From an uncultured Gammaproteobacteria bacterium (GTDB lineage Bacteria > Patescibacteriota > Microgenomatia > Levybacterales > GWA1-39-11), in assembly GCA_964511965.1 (NCBI GenBank), contig CAZEGF010000023.1, positions 42,887-106,886 of the forward strand: 64,000 nucleotides of DNA. The letters run 5' to 3'. The notes beneath the pieces are model-generated. The model worked only from the letters and a program-made list of their open reading frames with translations. It was not told the origin of the DNA and searched no databases. The first letter of the stretch is position 1. Each line of letters opens with the position of its first letter. Position numbers and translations under genes: made by a program. Of this stretch, positions 19,153 to 28,866 are shown piece after piece.

Positions 19153-20075
19153 GAATTATACTTTCAGGAGCATCAGGTCTTATAGGATCACGGTTTGAAG
19201 AACTTTTTTTTGAAACTCACGAAATTATTCCACTTTCCTCAGATCATGGAGTAGACATAACAAGCCAATCATCGCTTTCGGAATTTTTCCTTGGTAAAGG
19301 GGTTGATGTTGTAATTCACTTAGCTGCAAAAACCGATGTTGATGATTGTGAGAAAGACCGCGAAAATGATATGAGCCGTCTAGCTATTGATCCTAATGAC
19401 ATTTTAAATTTGGATGTAAAAAATCTATTTAGTGAGGATTGGAAGGATCAAAATACTGCTTTTGCCGTAAACACTATCGGTACAAAAAATTTATATGAAG
19501 CTGCAGTGAAATGTGGAGCCAAATTTATATATATTTCAACCGATTTTGTTTTTTCAGGAAAAGACGAGTTTTATGATGAAAAATCGACACCCAATCCGGT
19601 TGATTGGTATGGGATGACTAAATACTTTGGGGAAAAAGTAGTCGACACTTCTAACAATTTAATTGTTAGATTGGCATTTCCATATGGGTATCTGAGCCCA
19701 GTTAAAAAGGATGTCGTTTGGAAGTTATACGATCTATTAACTTCACGAGATGAAGTAAGGCTTATTTCAGATCAAATCATTACACCCACTTTTATTGACG
19801 ATATTGTAAATGGGATTGATTTTTTGATTTCAAAAAATGCAACCGGTATATATCACTTAACCGGAAGTTCATCATTAAGTCCTAAGGAGATAGGAGAAAA
19901 AATTAAGGAAGTATTTTCTCTTTCGACAAAAATTGGATCTTCAATTTTGAATGAAGTATATCATGGAAAAGCACCACGACCTCAAAAATCAATAATGAAA
20001 AGTGAAAAGATTGCAAATTTAGGATTTAAAACGAAAAATTTTGATGAAGGACTAGCTTTGATTCATTCAACATAG
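19149..20075 (+). CDS. rmlD: dTDP-4-dehydrorhamnose reductase-like SDR
   Basis: N-terminal GASGLIGS Rossmann motif, about 300 aa, overlaps the rmlB stop. Confidence 0.6.
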   Translation: MRIILSGASGLIGSRFEELFFETHEIIPLSSDHGVDITSQSSLSEFFLGKGVDVVIHLAAKTDVDDCEKDRENDMSRLAIDPNDILNLDVKNLFSEDWKDQNTAFAVNTIGTKNLYEAAVKCGAKFIYISTDFVFSGKDEFYDEKSTPNPVDWYGMTKYFGEKVVDTSNNLIVRLAFPYGYLSPVKKDVVWKLYDLLTSRDEVRLISDQIITPTFIDDIVNGIDFLISKNATGIYHLTGSSSLSPKEIGEKIKEVFSLSTKIGSSILNEVYHGKAPRPQKSIMKSEKIANLGFKTKNFDEGLALIHST

Positions 20076-20106
20076 TAAAATGACTAATCTTTAGGATAGT
20101 AAAATC

Positions 20107-21405
20107 ATGAAAATAACATTCATCGGACACGGATATGTAGGACTTGTAAGTGCTTCTATTTTTGCAGATCTTGGAAATACGGTAACAGTGATAGGGCATA
20201 CTCCGGAAACAGTAAAAAATCTTAATAATGGAATTGTTCATATTTTTGAACCGGGTCTTACCGAGTTGGTGCAAAAAAATATAGAGGCAAAACGATTATC
20301 ATTTACCCTTGACTACGATTCCGTAAAAGAAGCCGAGCTTGTTTTTATTGGTGTAGGGACTCCTCCAAAAGATAATGGAGAGGCTGATCTTACTACAGTT
20401 CTTGAAGTTGCCGAGCATATTGGTAAAAATTTATCCGACTATGCTGTTGTTATAACGAAAAGCACGGTACCAATCGGAACCAATAGAAAAATAAAAGATC
20501 TTATAAGTAAAGTTAAAGATCCAAAATCTTCATTTGATGTAGCTTCATGTCCTGAGTTTTTAAGACAAGGGTCCGCGATTTCTGACACTTTATATCCGGA
20601 CCGCATAGTAATAGGGACAGAAACACAAAAGGCACAGGATTTATTGGTGCAGCTGCATAAGCCCCTTCAGGAGAATACAAATTGCCCACTCGTCCTTTGC
20701 AACCTAGAAACAGCCGAAATGATAAAGTACGCAGCAAATTCATTTTTGGCTATGAAAATATCTTTTGCAAACTCTATTGCTCAGCTATCTGAGGTAACCG
20801 GAGCCGACGCTCTCAGAGTTTTGGAGGGTATAGGGTTTGATAAAAGGATTGGTAATTATTTTCTGTCTCCGGGACCGGGATACGGAGGAAGTTGCTTCCC
20901 TAAAGATGTTAAAGCACTAATTTCTATTGCAAAAGGATATAATTATGATTTTGAATTATTAAAAGAGGTTGAGAACGTAAATCATTTAGCAAAGAAATCT
21001 ATTGTTGAAAAAGCTGAGAGGTTATTAGGGGATCTTAAGGGTACAAAAATTGGAATTTTAGGTTTAGCTTTCAAACCAAATACTGATGACATGAGATTTG
21101 CTCCTTCAATTGAAATTATTGACTGGTTGAAGCAAAAAGGAGCTGAAGTTACAGCGTTTGATCCGCAATCTATGGAAAAAGCAAAAAAAATAATAACAGG
21201 TATAACCTATTCTGAAGATATTTATGGAGTAACTGAGGGAGCGGACCTTCTTATTGTAGTTACCGATTGGAATGAATTTAAAGAAGTCGATTTTGAGAGG
21301 ATTAAGAAAAGTATGAAATCACTAAATCTCATAGATGCAAGAAACATTTATGATCCAGAAAAAATGAAGTCCCTCGGATTTAAATATATTGGTGTGGGAC
21401 GCTAA
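20107..21405 (+). CDS. ugd: UDP-glucose 6-dehydrogenase
   Basis: MKITFIGHGYVGL N-terminus, catalytic GGSCFPKD, 432 aa. Confidence 0.8.
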   Translation: MKITFIGHGYVGLVSASIFADLGNTVTVIGHTPETVKNLNNGIVHIFEPGLTELVQKNIEAKRLSFTLDYDSVKEAELVFIGVGTPPKDNGEADLTTVLEVAEHIGKNLSDYAVVITKSTVPIGTNRKIKDLISKVKDPKSSFDVASCPEFLRQGSAISDTLYPDRIVIGTETQKAQDLLVQLHKPLQENTNCPLVLCNLETAEMIKYAANSFLAMKISFANSIAQLSEVTGADALRVLEGIGFDKRIGNYFLSPGPGYGGSCFPKDVKALISIAKGYNYDFELLKEVENVNHLAKKSIVEKAERLLGDLKGTKIGILGLAFKPNTDDMRFAPSIEIIDWLKQKGAEVTAFDPQSMEKAKKIITGITYSEDIYGVTEGADLLIVVTDWNEFKEVDFERIKKSMKSLNLIDARNIYDPEKMKSLGFKYIGVGR

Positions 21406-21407
21406 AC

Positions 21408-22346
21408 ATGCCTAAAGCTTTTGTCACCGGAATAAATGGGTTTGCAGGTACTCATCTCAATAATCTGCTCTTGCAAAAGGGATACGAGGTTTTTGGAACA
21501 ATAAAACCTGATGGTAACAATTCGGATAACGGTAATCTTTTTTCCGTAGATATACAGAACTTTGACAGCTTAAAAAGCGCGATCGAAAAGGTTTCTCCGG
21601 ATCATATTTATCACTTAGCAGCTCTAACAAGTCCGGGGGAAAGTTTTAAAAATCCATCAGACACAATTACAACAAATATAAGTGGCCAGCTTAATATTCT
21701 TGAATCGGTAAAGCAACTACAACTCATGGAAACAAAAGTTCTGGTCGTCTCATCAGCTGAAATTTATGGAGCAGCTAAAGAATCCGATTTACCGATGACG
21801 GAAAATACTCCTCTCCGCCCGCTATCTCCATACGCTGTCAGTAAAATTGCCCAAGATTATTTAGGATACCAGTATTCTCATTCACAAAATGTTAAAGCGA
21901 TTATTGTACGGACATTTAACACTGTAGGCCCAAATCACGCTCCTATTTTTGTTATTCCATCATTTGCAAAGCAAATTGCTGAAATAGAAAAGGGCATGAA
22001 AGAACCAATTCTTAAAGTGGGTAATTTAGAAGCAAAACGTGACTTTACTGACGTGAGAGATGCAATGAGGGCATATGAGTTAATTATGTTGCACGGTCAA
22101 CCTGGTGAGGCATATAACGTGGGATCTGGTAAATCCCACAAAATTAAAGAAGTTTTAGATATTCTTCTATCATTCTCTGACAAAGAAATAATCGTCGAAA
22201 AAGACCCGGCACTCATGCGTCCGGGGGATATTCCTGAACTTCGATGTGACTACTCAAAACTTCATCATGCAACTGGGTGGAAACCTGAAATTGAATTAGA
22301 ACAAACGCTGAAAGATACCCTGGACTATTGGCGCAATATTGTTTAG
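21408..22346 (+). CDS. rmd: GDP-4-keto-6-deoxy-D-mannose reductase (GDP-D-rhamnose-forming)
   Basis: FVTGINGFAGTHL, SPYAVSKIAQD, RTFNTVGPNH and VGNLEAKRDFTDV match the Rmd pattern. It is followed directly by gmd. Confidence 0.7.
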   Translation: MPKAFVTGINGFAGTHLNNLLLQKGYEVFGTIKPDGNNSDNGNLFSVDIQNFDSLKSAIEKVSPDHIYHLAALTSPGESFKNPSDTITTNISGQLNILESVKQLQLMETKVLVVSSAEIYGAAKESDLPMTENTPLRPLSPYAVSKIAQDYLGYQYSHSQNVKAIIVRTFNTVGPNHAPIFVIPSFAKQIAEIEKGMKEPILKVGNLEAKRDFTDVRDAMRAYELIMLHGQPGEAYNVGSGKSHKIKEVLDILLSFSDKEIIVEKDPALMRPGDIPELRCDYSKLHHATGWKPEIELEQTLKDTLDYWRNIV

Positions 22347-22461
22347 AATTATTTAAATTATATGAAAAGGGGATTCACCTTTTACGAAGTAAAAGACAAG
22401 CTCGGGAGACAATAAGACTTTAAAAAACAACAATGGTAGTCAAAAGATCACAATTTTAGTT

Positions 22462-23436
22462 ATGAAAAGAGCGCTTATTACGGGAATAACAGGACAAGAC
22501 GGAAGTTACCTCGCTGAATTATTATTATCAAAAGGTTATCAGGTTTATGGCCTTGTAAGACGTCTGTCTACTCCAAATACTGAAAATATCAGACACCTTC
22601 TTGATAAGATCGAGCTTATCTCCGGTGATCTTTTGGATCAAAAATCATTAGATGATGCTTTGTACGAATCCCAACCGGATGAAGTTTATAACTTAGCTGC
22701 TCAATCTTTTGTTAAAACCTCTTGGAATCAAGCTGTTCTTACCGGAGAATACACAGCTTTGGGTGTTACAAGAATGCTTGAGGCAGTAAAAACAGCTTCA
22801 CCTAAGGCGAAGTTTTATCAAGCATCATCTTCTGAAATGTTTGGGAAAGTGACAGAAGTTCCACAAAGAGAAACCACGAGATTTTATCCCAGAAGCCCTT
22901 ACGGAGTTGCAAAAGTTTATGGACACTATATAACATTAAATTATAGGGAAAGTTATAATATTTTTGCATGCTCCGGAATTCTTTTTAATCACGAATCTCC
23001 ACGCCGCGGAATTGAATTTGTAACAAGAAAAATTTCTCATGCAGTAGCAAGAATTTCACTTGGTAAGCAAGATAAAGTAGTTTTGGGAAATTTAGACAGT
23101 AAGAGGGATTGGGGTTTTGCCGGTGATTATGTAGATGGAATGTGGAGAATGCTTCAACAAGATACTCCCGATGATTATGTTATTGCAACTGGTGAGACTC
23201 ACAGCATTGAAGAATTTGTTGAAGCGGCTTTCAAAGTTGTAGGAATAGACGATTGGAAATCTCACGTAGAATCAAATAACCCTAAATTTATGAGACCTGC
23301 AGAGGTAGATTCTCTTATTGGTGACTATTCAAAAGCTAAAGAAGTGTTAGGTTGGACTCCAACCACAAGTTTTAATCAACTCGTTGAGATGATGGTTAAA
23401 GCTGATCTTGAGGCTGAAAAGAAAAACGATCATTAA
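22462..23436 (+). CDS. gmd: GDP-mannose 4,6-dehydratase
   Basis: [19 protein letters not shown]...VYGLVRR is the canonical Gmd N-terminus. Length 324 aa. Confidence 0.85.
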   Translation: MKRALITGITGQDGSYLAELLLSKGYQVYGLVRRLSTPNTENIRHLLDKIELISGDLLDQKSLDDALYESQPDEVYNLAAQSFVKTSWNQAVLTGEYTALGVTRMLEAVKTASPKAKFYQASSSEMFGKVTEVPQRETTRFYPRSPYGVAKVYGHYITLNYRESYNIFACSGILFNHESPRRGIEFVTRKISHAVARISLGKQDKVVLGNLDSKRDWGFAGDYVDGMWRMLQQDTPDDYVIATGETHSIEEFVEAAFKVVGIDDWKSHVESNNPKFMRPAEVDSLIGDYSKAKEVLGWTPTTSFNQLVEMMVKADLEAEKKNDH

Positions 23437-23508
23437 ATTCTGCCACGCTCCATCACTATTAAATTCCTTTTTTTGATACAATAAATGTACATTTTTTAAC
23501 AAAATTAT

Positions 23509-24462
23509 ATGAGTAAGATATTGATTGCCGGTGGTGCTGGATTTATTGGGTCAAACCTCTCAAAAAAGTTTTTAGATGAGGGGCATGAGGTCATTGTAGT
23601 TGACAATTTAGTCTCAAGTTCTGAGTCAAACATTGAAGATCTGAAACAAAATAGTAACTTTAAATTTATAAATCATGATGTAACAACTCCTCTTCCTGAT
23701 GACCTTACGGCAGAAGCGGTATTTCATCTCGCATCTCCTGCTTCCCCAAATCATCATAGCCGCATTTCATACCATGCTTTACCAATGGAGACCATGATGG
23801 TAAATACATTAGGAACCCTTGAGTTATTAAAGTTTGCACAAAAAAATAACGCTAAATTTCTTTTTGCTTCAACATCTGAAGCATATGGTGATCCACTTGA
23901 GCACCCACAGAAAGAAGAATATAGAGGAAATGTTTCAACAACAGGGCCCCGAGCCGTTTATGACGAGGCAAAAAGATTTGGAGAAACTATAACGTCTTAT
24001 TTTTGGAGAGATAAAGGAGTTGACGCTCGGATAGTGAGAATTTTTAATACATACGGTCCTAATATGCATAAAGATGATTTACGTATGATTTCCCGATTTA
24101 TTGCACAAGCGCTTGCAAACGAACCGATAACAATTTTTGGCGACGGATCACAAACAAGATCTCTTTGTTATATTGACGATTTGATTGAAGGACTATCCCG
24201 CCTTATGTTTTATAACAATACTAAAGGTGAAGTTGTAAATTTAGGAAATCCGGAAGAGCATACTGTCTTTGAATATGCTGAGATGGTCAAAAAGATTACC
24301 GGATCAACAAGTGAGATTGTGCATACTGAAGATTTGCCAAAAGATGATCCTTTAAGAAGGTGTCCGGATATTGAGAAAGCAAAAAATCTTTTGTCATGGG
24401 AACCAAAAGTTAGTCTTGAGGATGGACTTATGAAAATGATTGAGTATGTAAAAAATATGTGA
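23509..24462 (+). CDS. UDP-glucuronate decarboxylase (UDP-xylose synthase)
   Basis: ASTSEAYGDPLEHPQ.EEY.GNV...GPR..YDEAKR and RIFNTYGPNM match the UXS family. ugd lies upstream. Confidence 0.75.
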   Translation: MSKILIAGGAGFIGSNLSKKFLDEGHEVIVVDNLVSSSESNIEDLKQNSNFKFINHDVTTPLPDDLTAEAVFHLASPASPNHHSRISYHALPMETMMVNTLGTLELLKFAQKNNAKFLFASTSEAYGDPLEHPQKEEYRGNVSTTGPRAVYDEAKRFGETITSYFWRDKGVDARIVRIFNTYGPNMHKDDLRMISRFIAQALANEPITIFGDGSQTRSLCYIDDLIEGLSRLMFYNNTKGEVVNLGNPEEHTVFEYAEMVKKITGSTSEIVHTEDLPKDDPLRRCPDIEKAKNLLSWEPKVSLEDGLMKMIEYVKNM

Positions 24463-24466
24463 TTAT

Positions 24467-24507
24467 ACCGACAACTCTTGTTCGCTCTGCGAAAAGAGCT
24501 TCTCGGT
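24467..24507 (+). terminator. Imperfect hairpin after the UXS gene (ACCGA-CAA-CTCTT...AAGAG-CTTC-TCGGT) followed by a T-rich tract
   Basis: Inverted repeat read directly from the sequence, but the trailing U-tract is weak (ACAATTTTC). Confidence 0.3.
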
Positions 24508-24546
24508 ACAATTTTCAAAACATATTGAGATAATAGAATTTGAATT

Positions 24547-25683
24547 TTGAAAATTATGAAAATCTATATAGTATCTGCTGCCTATAACGAGCGTGACAAT
24601 ATAAAAGAATTGATAACAATTCTTGAAGAAGAAGTATCTCCTGAAATCAAAGAGCATGAAATGCATATCTTAATAGCAGATGACAATTCCCCTGATGGAA
24701 CCGGAGATGTTGTTCGAGAGCTCATGGGTAAATATAAAAATTTGGATATCAATCAAGGGGAGAAAAAAGGACTCGGAGCAGCATACGTCAGGGCAATGGG
24801 TTATGCAGTTGAACATGAAAAGGCAGATGTAGTTATAAGCATTGATGCTGATTTACAACATGATCCCCGTGCTGTCCCTTCATTTATTAAAAAAATGGAA
24901 GAAGGATACGATGTAGTTAGTGGAACCCGTTATAGTGATGGCGGATCGATGCCTGCAAAATGGCCAATTCAAAGGAAATTATTTTCTGTAACTGCAAATA
25001 TTTTAATGAGGGTTATAACAGGACGGTTTTATCTTCACGATTGGACAGGTGGTTATCGGGCTATAAAAAAAGAAGTATTTATTAAAGAAAAAGAAAAAGT
25101 CCGAGAATATAAAGGATATACTTTTCAAGTTGCATTTTTATACAAAACTATTCTTGACGGTTTCAAAGCAGGTGAAGTACCCATTCATTTCAGAACCAGA
25201 AGAGTTGGTGATTCGAAAATAGCTCCACTTGCATACATTGTTAATGTTTTAAAATATGTCATAACGGAAAGGATAAGAGAATTAATTACCGGTCCTTTTG
25301 GAAAATTTATAATTGTTGGGGGCTTTGGATTTTTACTAAATGCAATTATCTTAAGGTTATTAGTAGATAGATTTCATTGGGTACCATATTATGCAAATTT
25401 AATCGGAGCAGTTGTCGCTATTTTTTCAAATTATAATTTGAATAACCTCTGGACATTTAGACATCATAAAGCAACAAGCTTTTGGAAGTACATTATTAAG
25501 ATGCTTCAGTTCTATCTAACATCAGCTTTTGGTGTAATCGTAATACAAACAGGGACAATATTTGTTGGAGTACATTTTATAACACAACAAAAAGATTACT
25601 TTATATATTTCATTGGAGGAACCGCTATTTTATTAGTCTGGAATTTCTTCGTTTATTCCAAATTTATTTGGAGGAAAAAATAA
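24547..25683 (+). CDS. GT2 polyprenyl-phosphate sugar synthase (DPM1/ArnC-like) fused to a C-terminal GtrA-like 4-TM domain
   Basis: N-terminal GT-A (YNERDNI, ADDNSPDGTGD, DAD). The C-terminal ~120 aa form four hydrophobic helices like GtrA. Confidence 0.7.
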   Translation: MKIMKIYIVSAAYNERDNIKELITILEEEVSPEIKEHEMHILIADDNSPDGTGDVVRELMGKYKNLDINQGEKKGLGAAYVRAMGYAVEHEKADVVISIDADLQHDPRAVPSFIKKMEEGYDVVSGTRYSDGGSMPAKWPIQRKLFSVTANILMRVITGRFYLHDWTGGYRAIKKEVFIKEKEKVREYKGYTFQVAFLYKTILDGFKAGEVPIHFRTRRVGDSKIAPLAYIVNVLKYVITERIRELITGPFGKFIIVGGFGFLLNAIILRLLVDRFHWVPYYANLIGAVVAIFSNYNLNNLWTFRHHKATSFWKYIIKMLQFYLTSAFGVIVIQTGTIFVGVHFITQQKDYFIYFIGGTAILLVWNFFVYSKFIWRKK

Positions 25684-25692
25684 ATATTTTCC

Positions 25693-27303
25693 ATGTTAGA
25701 AAAAATAAAAAAATATATTTCACAACACAAAGTTGAAATTTCTCTTCTACTATTAATTCTTTTTGTTGCTGCTTTTTTTAGAATATATAGGATTTCTGAC
25801 TACATGACTTTTTTAGGCGATGAGGGACGGGATGCCATTGTTGCAAAAAATATACTTCATGGCAATTTTACTCTTCTTGGACCACGGGCAAGTGCGGGAG
25901 ACTTTTTCTTGGGACCCATATATTACTATATGATGGCTCCCTTTCTTTTAATGTCAAATTACGATCCTGTTGGACCGGCAATTATGGTGGCAATTTTTGG
26001 AGTAGCAACTGTATTTTTGGTTTATTATGTAGGGCTTAAATTTTTTAATGCGAAAGCTGGACTTATTGCTGCTTCACTTTATGCAATTTCGCCATTAGTA
26101 ATTGCTTATTCCAGATCTTCTTGGAATCCGAATGTAATGCCATTTTTCTCAATTGTCATGTTATATGTTTTGTATGTTTCAATTAAAAAACAATCAAGAA
26201 AACTTTTTCTTTTAGTGGGGCTTTTATTGGGTATTGCAATGCAACTTCATTATCTCTCGACCTTTTTAGCCGTTATTGTCTTTTTCTTTGTCCTATTAGG
26301 CGAGAGAATGCTTGATAAAAATAATTTTGTAAAGCGTTGCTTTATTCACTATATAGAAATATTTATCGGATTTATAGTTGGTTTATCACCTTTTTTAGCT
26401 TTTGAAGTTAGACACGGATTTCCAAATATTAGGACTATATTCAAATTTATATTCGAAGACAATGCAGCTAAAGGATATGAAATTCATCATTCATTTTTTG
26501 GCAATATTTGGGATGTATCTTTTAGACTTTTTGGGCGACTCGTTACAAAATTTCCACCTCCTGATCAGATAAATGTAGGACTTCATACTAATTTGCAAAT
26601 TTGGTTTGTAGGTACCGTTCTTCTTGCAATTTTTTCAATATTTGCTCTTAAGTATGTGAAAGAAAAATTGAAAGTTTTACTTCTGGCCCTGTGGTTATTT
26701 TTTGGAATACTATTATTCGGGTTTTATAAAAAGTCAATTTATGACTACTATCTAGGTTTTATGTTTCCGGTTCCATTTCTTCTTGTTGGAGGACTACTCA
26801 GTCACTTAACAGAACTGAAAAAATTTAAATGGATGAGTATTGTTGCAGGAGTGATATTTGTTACATTAGTTGCGATAAATCTTTCAGGAAACCCATTTAG
26901 GTACCAGGGAAACAGGCAAAAAGATCAAGCAAGACATATTGCAGAAGCTGTACTTGCGCAAACTGGAGGCAAGCCATTTAATTTTGCACTTTTAACAAAA
27001 GGTAATTCAGATCATGTGTACCGGTATTTCTTTGAAATAGAAAACCGTGCACCGGTAACTATTCAAAATATTATTGTTGATCCGGAAAGAAAAAGTGTTA
27101 CAGACCAACTGATGGTGGTTTGTGAAGATTTGGATTGCCATCCATTGGGAAATTCTTTATGGGAAGTGTCGGGCTTTGGAAGAGCAGAAATAACAGGAGA
27201 ATGGAGCGTTCCATTTGTAAAAATATTTAGACTTGTGCATTACAAAGAACCGGAAGCAACACCTACTCCAAAGGTGTATAATCAGCCTCATGCAACCAAG
27301 TGA
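25693..27303 (+). CDS. GT-C membrane glycosyltransferase (GT39/GT83 ArnT-PMT family)
   Basis: GDEGRD acidic motif in the first periplasmic loop, about 12 TM helices, 536 aa. Confidence 0.65.
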   Translation: MLEKIKKYISQHKVEISLLLLILFVAAFFRIYRISDYMTFLGDEGRDAIVAKNILHGNFTLLGPRASAGDFFLGPIYYYMMAPFLLMSNYDPVGPAIMVAIFGVATVFLVYYVGLKFFNAKAGLIAASLYAISPLVIAYSRSSWNPNVMPFFSIVMLYVLYVSIKKQSRKLFLLVGLLLGIAMQLHYLSTFLAVIVFFFVLLGERMLDKNNFVKRCFIHYIEIFIGFIVGLSPFLAFEVRHGFPNIRTIFKFIFEDNAAKGYEIHHSFFGNIWDVSFRLFGRLVTKFPPPDQINVGLHTNLQIWFVGTVLLAIFSIFALKYVKEKLKVLLLALWLFFGILLFGFYKKSIYDYYLGFMFPVPFLLVGGLLSHLTELKKFKWMSIVAGVIFVTLVAINLSGNPFRYQGNRQKDQARHIAEAVLAQTGGKPFNFALLTKGNSDHVYRYFFEIENRAPVTIQNIIVDPERKSVTDQLMVVCEDLDCHPLGNSLWEVSGFGRAEITGEWSVPFVKIFRLVHYKEPEATPTPKVYNQPHATK

Positions 27304-27337
27304 GAGAGATAGAGAACCCCAAGAACGAGTGGACCTC

Positions 27338-28015
27338 ATGGAGGTTAAACCCAACATTCCATTTCACCCATTTGAAGGGTTAGATGAATGGTACTCAGTT
27401 GAGCAAAGACGCTCGGACCCAAAAATTGAAGATGATTATCAAATTCTTTATTTGAGAAGGAAAATAATCTATAAAGGAATCGAGGGATTTATTGACTTAG
27501 TTGATGAGGATTCAGGGTATCTTGGATACGACCAGGTAACAAGAATAGCAGATGCAGGGTTTGTACTTGAGGAATCAGAAGAGGATCAAGAAGGCCCGAT
27601 TAAGGGATTAAAAGTAACAGATGAAATTGAAAATCCTTTGGTTGTTAGGATGGTTTTTTTTCTGAAAAATCCAAGAGATCTTATGTCACTAATAAATACT
27701 AATATTCAATTACTTACCGATAAGGGAAATTTCTTATTGTTATATCAGGTTGACGTAGGTGAAAGAAAATATCTTGAGGAACTTGAACTAGAAGGAATGA
27801 AAACTTTAGTTAGGGATGGTTATTCTAAAGTTACTGAACTTGATGGAAATGTTAGTAGAATAATAAAAGCGGACCGAGTTTGGTTTCCAGTAAATGATGA
27901 TGAAATTGATAAAATAAAAGTTGTTTTTCAAGTAGATGAGAATAAGAGAGACGATGATGAAGAACCAGAACCACCAGAACCTCCCGTAGAAGAAAGAGAA
28001 CTTATTAGAGTTTAG
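27338..28015 (+). CDS. Highly acidic hypothetical protein with C-terminal EPEPPEPP tail
   Basis: The ORF is open from 27233 but overlaps the GT39 gene. The start is placed at the internal ATG at 27338 (alternative at 27290). Rich in Glu and Asp. Confidence 0.4.
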   Translation: MEVKPNIPFHPFEGLDEWYSVEQRRSDPKIEDDYQILYLRRKIIYKGIEGFIDLVDEDSGYLGYDQVTRIADAGFVLEESEEDQEGPIKGLKVTDEIENPLVVRMVFFLKNPRDLMSLINTNIQLLTDKGNFLLLYQVDVGERKYLEELELEGMKTLVRDGYSKVTELDGNVSRIIKADRVWFPVNDDEIDKIKVVFQVDENKRDDDEEPEPPEPPVEERELIRV

Positions 28016-28332
28016 TATCCTAAGAAGTTAAGGTGTAAAAATCCAGTTGCAAGTAGTGTAAAAAGCAGAACATCAAAAGCGGCAACAATTCCGGAAGCAG
28101 CAGTTATTGCAACCATATCGTGCTTCAAATACTCAGCGTCTTTTTGAGCCACAGTTGAGCCTTCCGGTATAACTACTTTTTTTTCTGTAGGAAGTGCTTC
28201 TGTTGTAGGTAAGCTAGCAACAGAATAGGTTGGCGCTTGAGTGTGAATATGATGTGTATGTTGCTCTATTTCAACGTGATGTCTTGTTGAGGCTAATTCT
28301 TTTTGTTTTCTTGTTTTTCTTTTCTTTGACAT
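28012..28332 (-). CDS. Small tail-anchored membrane protein with His-rich N-terminal region
   Basis: 106 aa. Basic N-terminus, HHVEIEQHTHHIH, and a C-terminal TM helix. Confidence 0.35.
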   Translation of the reverse strand: MSKKRKTRKQKELASTRHHVEIEQHTHHIHTQAPTYSVASLPTTEALPTEKKVVIPEGSTVAQKDAEYLKHDMVAITAASGIVAAFDVLLFTLLATGFLHLNFLGY

Positions 28333-28353
28333 AGAGGCTCAAGTTATCATATT

Positions 28354-28382
28354 GACTCTGTATTTTCAAGATACTAAAATGG
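28354..28382 (+). promoter_or_regulatory. Sigma70-like promoter TTGACT-N17-TAAAAT for the 28393 gene
   Basis: Hexamers read directly from the sequence; about a 5-nt leader. Confidence 0.4.
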
Positions 28383-28392
28383 TAAGACGCTT

Positions 28393-28863
28393 ATGAATTC
28401 GCTCCCCCTTTTGATCCTCGTTGTTATTTTAATAGTGTGGAACGGAATTCTATCTTATTTATTTTACCGAATATGGACATCTTTGCAAAAAGTTTCAACA
28501 GGAGACAAAAAAGAAACAATTATTGAGCTTTTGAGTAAAGTTCTTGAGCATGAAAAAAGACTCAGCCAGAATTTAGCTGACACAAATAAAAAAGTTGAGG
28601 ACTTGATATTTGATTCACAATTCTATATACAAAAGATAGGGCTTGTTCGGTTTAATCCGTTCAATGACACAGGAGGAGACCAAAGTTTTATTCTTGCCCT
28701 AATTGACGCTGAGGAGTCAGGAGTAGTTATTTCCGGTCTTCACACGAGAAATGGTACAAGATGGTATGCTAAGAAAATCAGTAATGGTCACGGAGTTGAG
28801 CATGAACTCTCAAATGACGAAGTAAAGGCGATAAAATCTGCCACAAAAAGGGCAAAAAAATAA
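28393..28863 (+). CDS. N-terminally anchored hypothetical protein (possibly DUF4446-like)
   Basis: One TM helix and a ~120-aa domain. The family assignment is from memory and uncertain. Confidence 0.4.
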   Translation: MNSLPLLILVVILIVWNGILSYLFYRIWTSLQKVSTGDKKETIIELLSKVLEHEKRLSQNLADTNKKVEDLIFDSQFYIQKIGLVRFNPFNDTGGDQSFILALIDAEESGVVISGLHTRNGTRWYAKKISNGHGVEHELSNDEVKAIKSATKRAKK

Positions 28864-28866
28864 GCT

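Noticed and set aside
27233-27337. Upstream extension of the acidic-protein ORF (start at 27233 or 27290)
   Set aside because: It overlaps the last 70 nt of the GT39 gene in another frame. The N-terminal extension (MCITKNRKQHLLQRCIISL) looks like out-of-frame noise, so the internal ATG at 27338 is preferred, though this is not certain.
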